Of a DNA stretch of 64,000 nucleotides, positions 24,319-36,200 are shown piece after piece. The notes beneath the pieces were generated by a model, which saw only the letters and a program-made list of their open reading frames with translations, did no database searches and was not told the origin of the DNA. This stretch comes from Ranitomeya imitator. Lineage: Eukaryota. Location: contig NC_091284.1 in assembly GCF_032444005.1 (NCBI RefSeq), positions 535,308,001-535,372,000 of the forward strand, in the 5' to 3' direction. Every line of letters starts with the position of its first letter. Within the stretch, counting starts at the first letter, position 1. Position numbers and translations under genes: made by a program.

Positions 24319-27239
24319 ATTTCTTCTGATTTACCTCAAGTCTGCCAAACGGCTGAATCCTAGACAGGCTTGATGGTCTCTGTTTTTCTCCCGTTTTGAT
24401 TTTGTGGTCTCGTACATTCCTGGTACTAAGATTGTTAAGGCGGATGCCCTCTCTAGGAGTTTTTTTCCCGATTCCCCTGGGGTTCTTGAGCCGGTTGGCA
24501 TTTTGAAGGAGGGGGTGATTCTTTCTGCCATCTAACCCTGATTTGCGATGGGTTCTTCAGGAATTTCAGGCTGATAAGCCTGACCGTTGTCCTGTGGGGA
24601 AACTGTTTGTTCCTGATAGATGGACTAGTAAAGTGATTTCTGAGGTTCATTGTTCTGTGTTGGCTGGTCATCCTGGGATTTTTGGTACCAGAGATTTAGT
24701 TGGTAGGTCCTTTTGGTGGACTTCTTTGTCACGGGATGTGCGTTCTTTTGTGCAGTCCTGTGGGATTTGTGCGCGGGCTAAGCCTTGCTGTTCCCGCGCT
24801 AGTGGGTTGCTTTTGCCATTGCCGGTCCCTGAGAGACCTTGGACGCATATTTCTATGGATTTTATTTCCGATCTTCCTGTTTCCCAAAGAATGTTGGTTA
24901 TCTGGGTTGTCTGTGACCGATTTTCTAAGATGGTTCATTTGGTGCCTTTGCCTAAATTGCCTTCTTCTTCTGATTTGGTTCCGTTGTTTTTTCAGCATGT
25001 GGTCCGTTTGCATGGTATTCCGGAGAATATTGTGTCCGACAGAGGTTCCCAGTTTGTTTCCAGGTTTTGGCGTGCCTTTTGTGCCAAGCTGGGCATTGAT
25101 TTGTCTTTTTCCTCTGCATTTCATCCTCAGACAAATGGCCAGACTGAGCGAACTAATCAGACCTTGGAGACCTATTTGAGATGCTTTGTGTCTGCTGATC
25201 AGGTTGATTGGGTGGCTTTTTTGCCATTGGCCGAGTTTGCCCTTAATAATCGGGCTAGTTCGGCTACTTTGGTTTCGCCTTTTTTTGTAATTTTGGTTTT
25301 CATCCTCGTTTTTCTTCTGGGCAGGTTGAGCCTTCTGATCTTCCAGGTGTGGATTCTGTGGTCGACAGGTTGCAGCAGATTTGGGCTTGTGTGGTGGACA
25401 ATTTGGTGCTGTCTCAGGAGGAGGCTTAGCGTTTTGCTAACCGTCATCGGTGTGTTGGTTCCCGGCTTCGGGTTGGTGATCTGGTTTGGTTATCTTCCCG
25501 TCATGTTCCTGTGAAGGTTTCTTCCCCTAAGTTTAAGCCTCGATTTATTGGTCCTTATAGGATTTCTGAGATTATTAATCCGGTGCCCTTTCGCCTGGCG
25601 CTTCCGGCCTCTTTTGCTATTCATAATGTCTTCCATAGATCTTTGTTGCGGAAATATGTGGAGCCGTTGTTCCCTCTGTTGATCCTCCGGCCCCTGTATT
25701 GGTCGATGGGGAGTTGGAATATGTTGTTGAGAAGATTTTGGATTCCCGTTTTTCGAGCCGGAAGCTTCAGTACCTTGTCAAGTGGAAGGGTTATGGCCAG
25801 GAGGATAATTCTTGGGTTTCTGCCTCTGATGTCCATGCCGTTGATTTGGTTCGTGCCTTTCATCAGGCTCATCCTGATCAGCCTGGGGGCTCTGGTGAGG
25901 GTTCGGTGACCCCTCCTCAAGGGGGGGTACTGTTGTGAATTCAGCTTTTGGGCTCCCTCCGGTGGTTGTAGAGGGTAATGCAGTTGTGCCTGGACCACAG
26001 GAGTGGACAGGTGTATCTACTAATTGCAAAACTGACTGGGGTATATAGCTTTGCTGGATCCTTTAGTCAGTGCCAGTTGTTCATTGTTCTTGAAGGATTC
26101 ACTTCCCTGCTGGTCTCTCCAGTTTGCTGTGTTTTTCTACAAAGATAAGTCCTGGCTTTGTTTTTGCTGTCCATCTGCAGTGGACCTTATAGTTCTGTGC
26201 ATTTTCATGTTTTTGTGTTGTCCAGCTTGGTTTGTGAAGGATTTTTTGCAGCCTAGCTATTTCTCTGGAGATGCAGATATACCCCCCATGTCTTTAGTCA
26301 GATGTGGTGATCCGTATTTTCTGCGGTGGATATTTTCTAGTGTTTTTATACTAACCGCTGTGACGATCTGACTGCACTCAGTGTAATCTGAGCGCAGTCC
26401 AATAGTGACCATGAGAACGGAAGACTGAGACAATCTGACTGCTCTCTGATGAAATCTGAGCGCAGTCCTATAGTGACCGTGAGGACAGAAGACTGTGACA
26501 ATCTGACTGCACTCAGATGAAATCTGAGCGCAGTCCAATAGTGACCGTGAGGACGGAAGAACCGGACAGAGAGTGGACCCTCTGGGTCACGGTACTGATA
26601 CACCCAGGGGCGAGCGAACCCGCGATGACAACCCCTATACAGGGATAGTTGGGGAGCAGGCCCGAGGGGAACAATACCGCAACAGCTGGCACCAAGAGGG
26701 ACGGCTCTGGAAAGGACAGAAGGGAAGGACAGAAGTAGAGGAGAAATCCTGGGAATGAAAGTAAAAGGGAAAGGGGAGGAAGGGACGAACCAAGGGAGAC
26801 AGGCTGGGAAAACGGAGGGAAGACAGGAGGAGAATGAGCCTGAGAAAACGGACCAGACCGGAGCAGAAAAGGATCTGAACCAGACAGGGCCAAACGAAGG
26901 TACAAACTGCACACAACAATCAGGCACCTCCATTATGGAGGCGAGGCCTGTTATAGCCCAAAGAAGTACCTGATTTGAGGAGACAGGAGCAGGGAGGGTC
27001 AGAAATGGTTAACTGGAGGAAGAAGTGCACGCCCACGTCCTAAGGCGCATGTGTGGAGCAGGTACAGGACGGGAGGGAAGAGGAGCGCGCACCCCACGCC
27101 GAAATCCCCGAGCAGAAGAGGACGCGGGGAACCGGCGCGACACTGAGAGCGGCAAGGAGAAATGGAGAGAGCGGGACTGATAGGAGAAGCGGCCGCAGCA
27201 TCAGAGGAGGCCGGTATGACAGTACCCCCCCTCCTAAGA

Positions 27240-30195
27240 CTCCCCCCTCCGAGACTGGCTGTGAATCTTCTCAGAATCCGTGGAGCATTAACGTTCTCCC
27301 TAGGCTCTCACGACCTCTCCTCAGGACCAAACCCCTTCCAATCAATAAGATAGAAGACCCTTCCTCTAACCCTCTTCATGGCCAGAATATCCTTTACTTC
27401 AAAATCATTGTCAATGCTAAAGGGCTGAGGGGAGTCCATGGGTGCAGGAGAGAATCGATTAAGAATGAGAGGTTTCAAGAGCGAGACATGGAAGACGTTA
27501 GGGACTCGGAGAGAAGCCGGCAATCTCAATCTATAGGCCACGTTGTTAATACGTCCCAAAATCTCGAAGGGACCGATGTATCGAGGACCCAACTTGTAGG
27601 AAGGAATCTTCAAGCGAATGTGTTTAGTCGAAAGCCAGACCTTGTCACCAGGATGATACGGTGGAAGATCCCTCCTCCTTTTGTCGGCGTGTCTCTTCAT
27701 CTGGGCTGCAGTCCGAATGAGAGCCTCCTTGGTCTCTCTCCAAATTTGGGAAAATTCAGAAGAAAAGGCGTCTGCTGCAGGCACTCCAGAAGGGGAAGAC
27801 ATAGGAAGAGGTATTCCCGGGTTCAGACCAGAAACCACAAAGAATGGAGATTTAGAAGTTGCCCTACTAGGATGATTATTATGGGCAAATTCAGCCCAAG
27901 GAAGAAGAGTTACCCAGTCATCATGATGAGCGTTGGTAAAATTGCGGAGGTAGGAGGTCAAGATTTGATTTATCCGTTCCACTTGCCCGTTGGTCAGAGG
28001 ATGATAGGCGGAGGAGAAATCCAGCGAAATGCCCAAGAGCTTACAAAGTGCTCTCCAGAACTTGGAGGTAAATTGGACCCCTCGATCCGACACAATTCGC
28101 TGAGGAAGTCCATGTAATCTGAAGATCTGATGGATGAAAATTCTTGCCAATTCTGGAGCCGAGGGTAATCCAGGCAGTGGAACGAAATGGGCCATCTTGG
28201 AGAACCGATCCACCACCACCAGGATGGTTGTGCATCCAGAGGAACGAGGCAAATCTGTAACGAAATCCATAGCTATTTGTTGCCAAGGGGCCTCGGGAAC
28301 GGGTAACGGATGCAGGAGACCGGAAGGTAGCCCTCTAGGTACTTTGTTTTTAGCACAAGTCGTGCAGGAGGCCACAAAATCCGAAGTATCCTGTCGGAGA
28401 GACGGCCACCAATAGTATCGGGAGAGAAGAGTGATAGTCTTCTTGGTGCCGACATGTCCAGCAACTTTGGAAGAATGTCCCCAATGCAATACCTCTGTTC
28501 TTTTGTCACATGGGACAAAAGTTCTGCCAGGGGGAACAGAGAGGAGGTTAGAGGGAGCCACCATGATGATTTTGGCAGGATCAATAATATGTGAAGGACC
28601 TTCTTCTGTCTCGGGAGATTGCAAGGATCGGGAAAGTGCATCCGCTTTAGAATTCTTATCTCCGGGTCGAAAATGAAGCTTAAAATCAAAACGAGAAAAG
28701 AACAAAGACCATCTGGCCTGTCTGGAATTAAGTCTTTGGGCGGATTGAATGTAAGCCAAGTTTTTGTGGTCTGTGAAAATTTTAAAGGGATGAATGGCCC
28801 CTTCCAAGAGATAACGCCACTCCTGTAGAGCCATCTTTATAGCTAGTAATTCTCAATCTCCAATTGAATAATTGCATTCCGCGGGCGAAAATGACTTCGA
28901 GAAGAACCCACAAGGAACCAGATGACAGGAGAGAGATCTTTGGGAGAGAGTTGCCCCAGCACCCGAAGAGGAGGCATCCACTTCAAGGATGAAAGGCCTG
29001 CTGGCCACAGGCCGATGAAGAACAGGAGCAGATGTGAAGGCCCTTTTTAGGGAGAGAAAGGCGTCTTCTGCCTCCGGAGGCCAAACATTGTGAACCGCTC
29101 CTTTCCGGGTAAGAGCGGCGAGAGGCTTGGTCACAGAAGAGAAATGCGGAATGAATTGTCTATAGTAGTTAGCGAAGCCCAAAAATCGTTGGATGGCCTT
29201 CACTCCAATAGGACGAGGCCACTTAAGTACAGCAGATAGTTTCTCAGGATCCATCTCCAACCCCATGTCAGAAATAATATATCCTAAGAAAGGCAAAGAA
29301 ATCTGTTCAAACAAACACTTCTCGATCTTTGCGTAGAGGCGATTCTCCCGAAGACGCTGTAGAACCAGACGAACACTTCTTCTGTGAGAGGACAAGTCGG
29401 GTGAAAAAATAAGGATGTCGTCAAGATACACCACCACACAAGAATACAGTAGATCACGGAAGATCTCATTCACAAATTCCTGGAAGACCGCTGGAGCGTT
29501 ACAGAGACCAAAGGGCATGACCAGGTATTCATAGTGGCCATCCCGGGTGTTGAATGCAGTCTTCCACTCGTCTCCAGCGCGAATTCGGATAAAATTATAG
29601 GCTCCGCGTAAACCTAGTTTGGAGAAAATTCGGGCTCCTCTCAGTCGGTCGAAGAGTTCAGGAATCAGCGGTAGGGGATACCTATTCTTGACTGTGATGG
29701 CATTCAGACCTCGGTAGTCTATACATGGCCGAAGGGATCCATCTTTCTTGCGAACGAAGAAAAAACCGGCTCCAGCTGGAGAAGAGGACATCCGGATGAA
29801 ACCCTTGGCTAAATTCTCTCGGATGTATTCTGACATGGCTAAGGTCTCTGCCGGAGATAACGGATAGGTTCTTCCCTTGGGAAGGGTAGATCCGGGAATT
29901 AACTTGATAGGGCAGTCATAGGGTCGGTGTGGAGGAAGAGACTCCGCCCCTTTTTTATCAAAGACATCGGCAAACGAGAGATAGGCAGAGGGAAGACTAG
30001 GAAGATTGACGGGTGCTTGGGGAAGACCTGGACGGGAGACGGACAGCAGACAACGTTCATGACAACCATGACCCCAGCGGAGTATCTCTCCAGAGCACCA
30101 ATCAAGAACTGGCTCGTGCGACCTGAGCCAGGGTAGACCCAAGAGCAGAGCGTGAGAAAGATTAGGCAGAACATAAAATGCTATCTTCTCCTGGT
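27240..30195 (-). pseudogene. pol: Gypsy B pol, 3' part (RT, RNase H, integrase, chromodomain)
   Basis: ORFs 28853-30142 and 27308-28834 are in one frame, separated by TGA (probably CGA>TGA), with a second TGA in the chromodomain. RT motif reads KLGLRGAYN (Asp>Gly). Confidence 0.95.
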
Positions 30196-32067
30196 AGCAC
30201 CAAGAAAAGATGATACTAAGGTCGAGCAGGTTTCATATCAAAAATGCTTTATTAATAACCTTTTAATAAAAACTAGAACACAAGTGAAAGAGAGGTGATA
30301 CAGATATGGCAACACCTATGAAGGCATTGGAAAATATAGCAGGAGGCACATACCCAGGAGACGCTAGTCTACTAAAATTAATAACCCTAAACTATACAGA
30401 CACTAATAGTGCACAAAATACTAATAAACTAGTCATAATTATTGGTAGGAAACCTATGTGCAGGCCACGGTCCGGAATAAGTAGCTTGCGGCCATCATAG
30501 TAGAAACCTTCATATTAGGTACACCCTTAAACAGTGTGGCAGTATTATAATAATAATAGTGATGCAAACCAAGTCACAAATCAGACTATAGCATATCATA
30601 GACCACCGCACAAAGTTACCTACCACAGAGTAGACTGCGATCCTGGGGACGAGCCTCCGCCCCAACGCGCGTTTCGGAAACCAAACCTTCGTCAGGGGGC
30701 ATACAACGTAAAGTGACAAGCAGTTTAAAAAGGAGTGACCCCGGAAATGTAAGCCGACCGCGACCCGGAAACAGAGGCACGTCGTCATAGCAACAATGAC
30801 GCCGACACCATCCCAGAGCGGCATGAGGACAGAAGAGACCACGGGGGCCCCACGTGATCACAGGCGTCCAAACACAGCCCCATGGGAGGCGCAGGCGCAG
30901 AGGAGCAAGAGGACGCGCACCGCAACCATGAAGCAGGTGATAGTCATAATATTGAAGCCAAGGCAACAAGTACCGGATATACCATGGCTCGAGATACAAT
31001 AAATAACAAAACAAATATAATTAATATACAGAAAAAACTAATATACAGAGAGAACAAAGCACTGCCATGGTAAAAGTGTCACGACTATAATGAACACTCA
31101 CCCTGTGGATACCACTGTCCCCCAGATAACATCTTAAGCTAAATCAACCGCAGATGACATGCTTCTATAATAAGCAGAGGGCTGCCATAGTACCACATGA
31201 TAAAACAGCCAAGTGGCTGCCACTATCCATACACACAACAAATTAAGCTCACAATAGCAACACAGTCGAACCATCATATAAGCTGTGGATGGCATCATTA
31301 ATAATAATCCAAAAGGAATTTTTTATATATAAATGTCCAAAAAGCGAGCAAGGGATTATCAGAAGAATTCATCTTGTTGGTAATGTTGATAGAAGAATAT
31401 CATGGTATAGTAGCTCCACAGCAGTATCCACACAGGCAGGGGGTCACATAAAACTAGGATAATAGAAAAGAAAAGAAAGAAGTACGTTAAAAATAATAAA
31501 AACAACACAATGGCGACAGGGTGATGCCACAGACACCAGCAGACCAACTTTTACAGGAAGGGGGCATAGCTAATATTATCATTGAGGCCCGCTGGATGGA
31601 CTGTGTTCAACGTCCAGATCCACCTGGACTCCATGCGGGCCAAACGCTGAAAAGTACCCCCTCCACGGATCCCCACCTCCAATAGATCAATACCCCTAGC
31701 CCTGAGGAGACCGGCATCGCAGCCGTGGAATCTCCGAAAATGTCGCGGTAATGCTTTTATTGTAGAGATATCCTCCACTGCGGCCGCCGCGCCAACGCCC
31801 AAAACATGCTCGCGTATCCGTGTTTTCAGCTGGCGTGTGGTCATCCCCACGTATCTTTTGTTACATGGACACGTCACCATATAGATAACGTTCCTGCTGG
31901 TACATGTAATTCTTTTCTTGATAACAAATTCACGCGACCCATCTGAATTGGGGAACACACCAATCCGCTCAATGTTTGGGCATGCAACACAGCGGCCGCA
32001 GGGAGAACACCCCACCCGGGAAACAGCCGAGTCCAAAAAGGTATTTACTCTCTCACCAGTATAGTGG
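30196..32067 (-). repeat. Left arm of the 1872-bp inverted repeat (partner 39193-41064)
   Basis: Mirror-image ORF sets in the ORF track (e.g. 31551-32036 vs 38987-39709; 30616-31014 vs 40246-40644) differ by only two amino acids. Confidence 0.95.
30660..30699 (-). ncRNA. Minimal hammerhead ribozyme, inverted copy of 40561-40600
   Basis: Reverse complement of 40561-40600. Confidence 0.8.
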
Positions 32068-33279
32068 TAACCTTACAAGGGAGGAGAGGGGACGTCTTCG
32101 TGTCCTTCAGAACCTTGGGGATGTAGTGTTTAAGCCAGCGGACAAGGGGGGAAACATAGTGGTTTGGCCTAATGCTATGTATGAAAGAGAGGCCTACCGC
32201 CAATTAAATAATCAAACATGCTACAAAAAACTTACGTTTAACCCCTTGTCCGCTTTTTCACAACAACTTATGTGTATTATTAAGAATGCGAGGGATGTGG
32301 GTACAATTACCAATGAATTGGCATCGGCATTGGTTGTGCCGGAACCCACTATTCCCACTTTCTACCTCCTCCCTAAGGTTCACAAGGACATGAGGACGCC
32401 CCCTGGTCGTCCAATAATTTCCGGTAAGGGTAATTACCTAGAGAAGGTAAATCAGTGGATCGACTCTAAATTGCAACCCTTGGTGGAAGGGCTACCGTCA
32501 TTCCTTAAGGATACGGGAGAGCTCTTAAGGAGAATTGATGGTATTCATCTTGAGGAGGATGAGTTATTAGTGACGGCAGATGTCGAATCACTTTATACTA
32601 GCATCCGACATCAAGACGGTCTTCGGGCCATTGAATTCTTTTTGGATACATCAAATCTCCCTGCGGATATTAGGAGTTTCATCTATAAATTGTTGGAATT
32701 CTCCTTGACACACAATTTTTTTGTTTTTAAGGGGTCCTTCTTCCTGCAGCTCCAGGGAACAGCTATGGGGGCTCCTTTTGCCCTTGCTTTTGCTAACCTG
32801 TTCCTGGGGCTGTGGGAGAGGGACCTCCCCCTGCCTGATGGTCCTGAGTCAATGTGCCGCGTCCATTTTTGGACGCGGTACATTGACGATGTTTTGATCA
32901 TCTGGCAGGGTTCTAGTGATGGTCTGCGGGATTTCATGGCATTACTTAACAATAATGCTCGTAATATACTGTTGACATATAAATTCGATAGGAATACTGT
33001 CGAATTTTTGGATGTTACTATTAAACGTGACTCCCGTGGGAGCCTGCAGACTGTCATCTATCGTAAACCCACTTCTACTAATCTTTTGTTGCATGCCTCC
33101 TCCTCCCATCCTAATCATGTTATTCAAGCCATCCCCACGGGACAATAACTTCGCTTACGTAGACTGTGTTCTACTGAAGCTGATTTCTACACTCAGGCTG
33201 ATGATTTAAAGAACAGGTTAATTGCTCGTGGACACAGCAAGCGTAGCATTAAAAAAGCCTTCAACAGAGCTAGGTTTAC
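32068..33279 (+). pseudogene. PLE2 reverse transcriptase (5'-truncated)
   Basis: KPADKGG, PTFYLLPKVHK, GRPIISG, TADVESLYT, QGTAMGA, RYIDD, FLDV, YRKPT motifs. One in-frame TAA at 33146-33148. Continues in frame at 38974 after removing C. Confidence 0.95.
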
Positions 33280-36200
33280 TGTTATGGCTGGCAATCAGGC
33301 AACACAGCGTGCAGTAATCAGCGCACATACAGAGATCTGGCAATAACCCAAAACAATAGGACGAGCTCTGAGACGTGGAATCTCTGTAGACTGCAGTACC
33401 TGATCTATCCTCACACAACTGGAAGCAGCAGTGGATTGCGCCTACCCACTACCTATGCAACTCGGCACTGCCTGAGGAGCTGACTAGCCTGAAGATAGAA
33501 ATACAAGCCTGACTTACCTCAGAGAAATACCCCAAAGGAATAGGCAGCCCCCACACATAATGACTGTTAGCAAGATGAAAAGACAAACGTAGGAATGAAA
33601 TAGATTCAGCAAAGTGAGGCCCGATATTCTAGACAGAGCGAGGATAGCAAAGAGAACTATGCAGTCTACAAAAAACCCTAAAACGAAAACCACGCAAAGG
33701 GGCAAAAAGACCCACCGTGCCGAACTAACAGCACGGCGGTGCACCCCTTTGCTTCTCAGAGCTTCCAGCAAAAGATAATAACAAGCTGGACAGAAAAAAC
33801 AGAAAACAAACTAGAGGCACTTATCTAGCAGAGCAGCAGGCCCAAGGAAAGATGCAGTAGCTCAAATCCAACACTGGAACATTGACAAGGAGCAAGGAAG
33901 ACAGACTCAGGTGGAGCTAAATAGCAAGGCAGCCAACGAGCTCACCAAAACACCTGAGGGAGGAAGCCCAGAGACTGCAATACCACTTGTGACCACAGAA
34001 GTGAACTCAGCCACAGAATTCACAACAGTACCCCCCCCTTGAGGAGGGGTCACCGAACCCTCACCAGAACCCCCAGGCCGACCAGGATGAGCCACATGAA
34101 AGGCACGAACAAGATCTGGGGCATGGACATCAGAGGCAAAAACCCAGGAATTATCTTCCTGAGCATAACCCTTCCATTTGACCAGATACTGGAGTTTCCG
34201 TCTAGAGACACGAGAATCCAAAATCTTCTCCACAATATACTCCAATTCCCCCTCCACCAAAACAGGGGCAGGAGGCTCCACAGATGGAACCATAGGTGCC
34301 ACGTATCTCCTCAACAACGACCTATGGAATACATTATGTATGGAAAAGGAGTCTGGGAGGGTCAGACGAAAAGACACCGGATTGAGAATCTCAGAAATCC
34401 TATACGGACCAATAAAACGAGGTTTAAATTTAGGAGAGGAAACCTTCATAGGTATATGACGAGAAGATAACCAAACCAGATCCCCAACACGAAGTCGGGG
34501 TCCCACACGGCGTCTGCGATTAGCGAAAAGCTGAGCCTTCTCCTGGGACAAGGTCAAATTGTCCACTACCTGAGTCCAGATCTGCTGCAACCTGTCCACC
34601 ACATTATCCACACCAGGACAGTCCGAAGACTCAACCTGTCCTGAAGAGAAACGAGGATGGAACCCAGAATTGCAGAAAAATGGAGAGACCAAGGTAGCCG
34701 AGCTGGCCCGATTATTAAGGGCGAACTCAGCCAACGGCAAAAATTACACCCAATCATCCTGGTCAGCGGAAACAAAACATCTCAGATATGTTTCCAAGGT
34801 CTGATTGGTTCGTTCGGTCTGGCCATTAGTCTGAGGATGGAAGGCCGAGGAAAAAGATAGGTCAATGCCCATCCTACCACAAAAGGCTCGCCAGAACCTC
34901 GAGACAAACTGGGAACCTCTGTCAGAAACAATATTCTCAGGAATGCCATGTAAACGAACCACATGCTGGAAGAACAAAGGCACCAAATCAGAGGAGGAAG
35001 GCAATTTAACCAAGGGCACCAGATGGACCATTTTAGAAAAGCGATCACAGACCACCCAAATGACAGACATCTTTTGAGAAACGGGAAGGTCAGAAATGAA
35101 ATCCATCGAAATATGTGTCCAAGGCCTCTTCGGGACCGGCAAGGGCAAAAGCAACCCACTGGCACGTGAACAGCAGGGCTTAGCCCTAGCACAAATTCCA
35201 CAGGACTGCACAAAAGCACGCACATCCCGTGACAGAGATGGCCACCAGAAGGATCTAGCAACCAACTCCCTGGTACCAAAGATTCCTGGATGACCGGCCA
35301 GCACCGAACAATGAAGTTCAGAGATAACTTTACTAGTCCACCTATCAGGGACGAACAGTTTCTCGGCCGGACAACGATCAGGTTTATTAGCCTGAAATTT
35401 CTGCAACACTCTCCGCAAATCAGGGGAGATGGCAGACACAATGACTCCTTCCTTGAGGATACTCGCCGGCTCAGATAACCCCGGAGAGTCGGGCACAAAA
35501 CTCCTAGACAGAGCATCCGCCTTCACATTTTTAGAGCCCGGAAGGTATGAAATCACAAAATCAAAACGAGCAAAAAACAACGACCAACGGGCCTGTCTAG
35601 GATTCAAGCGCTTGGCAGACTCAAGATAAGTAAGGTTCTTATGATCAGTCAAAACCACCACGCGATGCTTAGCACCCTCAAGCCAATGACGCCACTCCTC
35701 GAATGCCCACTTCATGGCCAGCAACTCTCGGTTGCCCACATCATAATTACGCTCAGCAGCAGAAAATTTCCTGGAAAAGAAAGCACATGGCTTGAACACT
35801 GAGCAACCAGAACCTCTCTGTGACAAAACCGCCCCTGCACCAATCTCAGAAGCATCAACCTCGACCTGGAACGGAAGAGAAACATCAGGTTGACACAACA
35901 CAGGGGCACAGCAAAAACGACGCTTCAACTCCTGAAAAGCTTCCACGGCAGCAGAAGACCAATTAACCAAATCAGCACCCTTCTTGGTCAAATCGGTCAA
36001 TGGTCTGGCAATGCTAGAAAAATTACAGATGAAGCGACGATAAAAATTAGCAAAGCCCAGGAATTTCTGCAAACTTTTTAGAGATGTCGGCTGAGTCCAA
36101 TCCTGAATGGCCTGAACCTTAACCGGATCCATCTCGATAGTAGAAGGGGAAAAGATGAACCCCAAAAATGAAACTTTCTGCACACCGAAGAGACACTTTG

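Larger units (their letters stand above)
22230..24324 (-). mobile_element. PLE1: 5'-truncated Penelope-like element (Neptune-like) inserted in Gypsy A pol
   Basis: 13-bp TSD TCTGATTTACCTC at 22217-22229 and 24325-24337. Gypsy A reads ...HKNLIYL|KSAKRLNPRQA across the insertion. Confidence 0.92.
19764..25930 (+). pseudogene. gag-pol: Gypsy A gag-pol (Gag, CCHC knuckle, protease DSGA, RT YLDD, RNase H, integrase, chromodomain); frameshifted and split by PLE1
   Basis: ATG at 19764; ORFs 19905-20204, 20192-22153, 24543-25514 and 25699-25938 (EYVVEKILDSR...YLVKWKGY chromodomain). Stops and frameshifts present. Confidence 0.95.

Noticed and set aside
27053-28117. 354-aa plus-strand ORF and other antisense ORFs over Gypsy pol genes
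   Set aside because: Antisense shadows of the pol frames with no recognisable motifs; not evidence of an env or accessory gene.
30181-30200. L1-style twin-priming microhomology at PLE inversion junctions (also 46670-46691)
   Set aside because: The TSD 3' end is not complementary to the RNA next to the inversion point in PLE2 and only partly so in PLE3.
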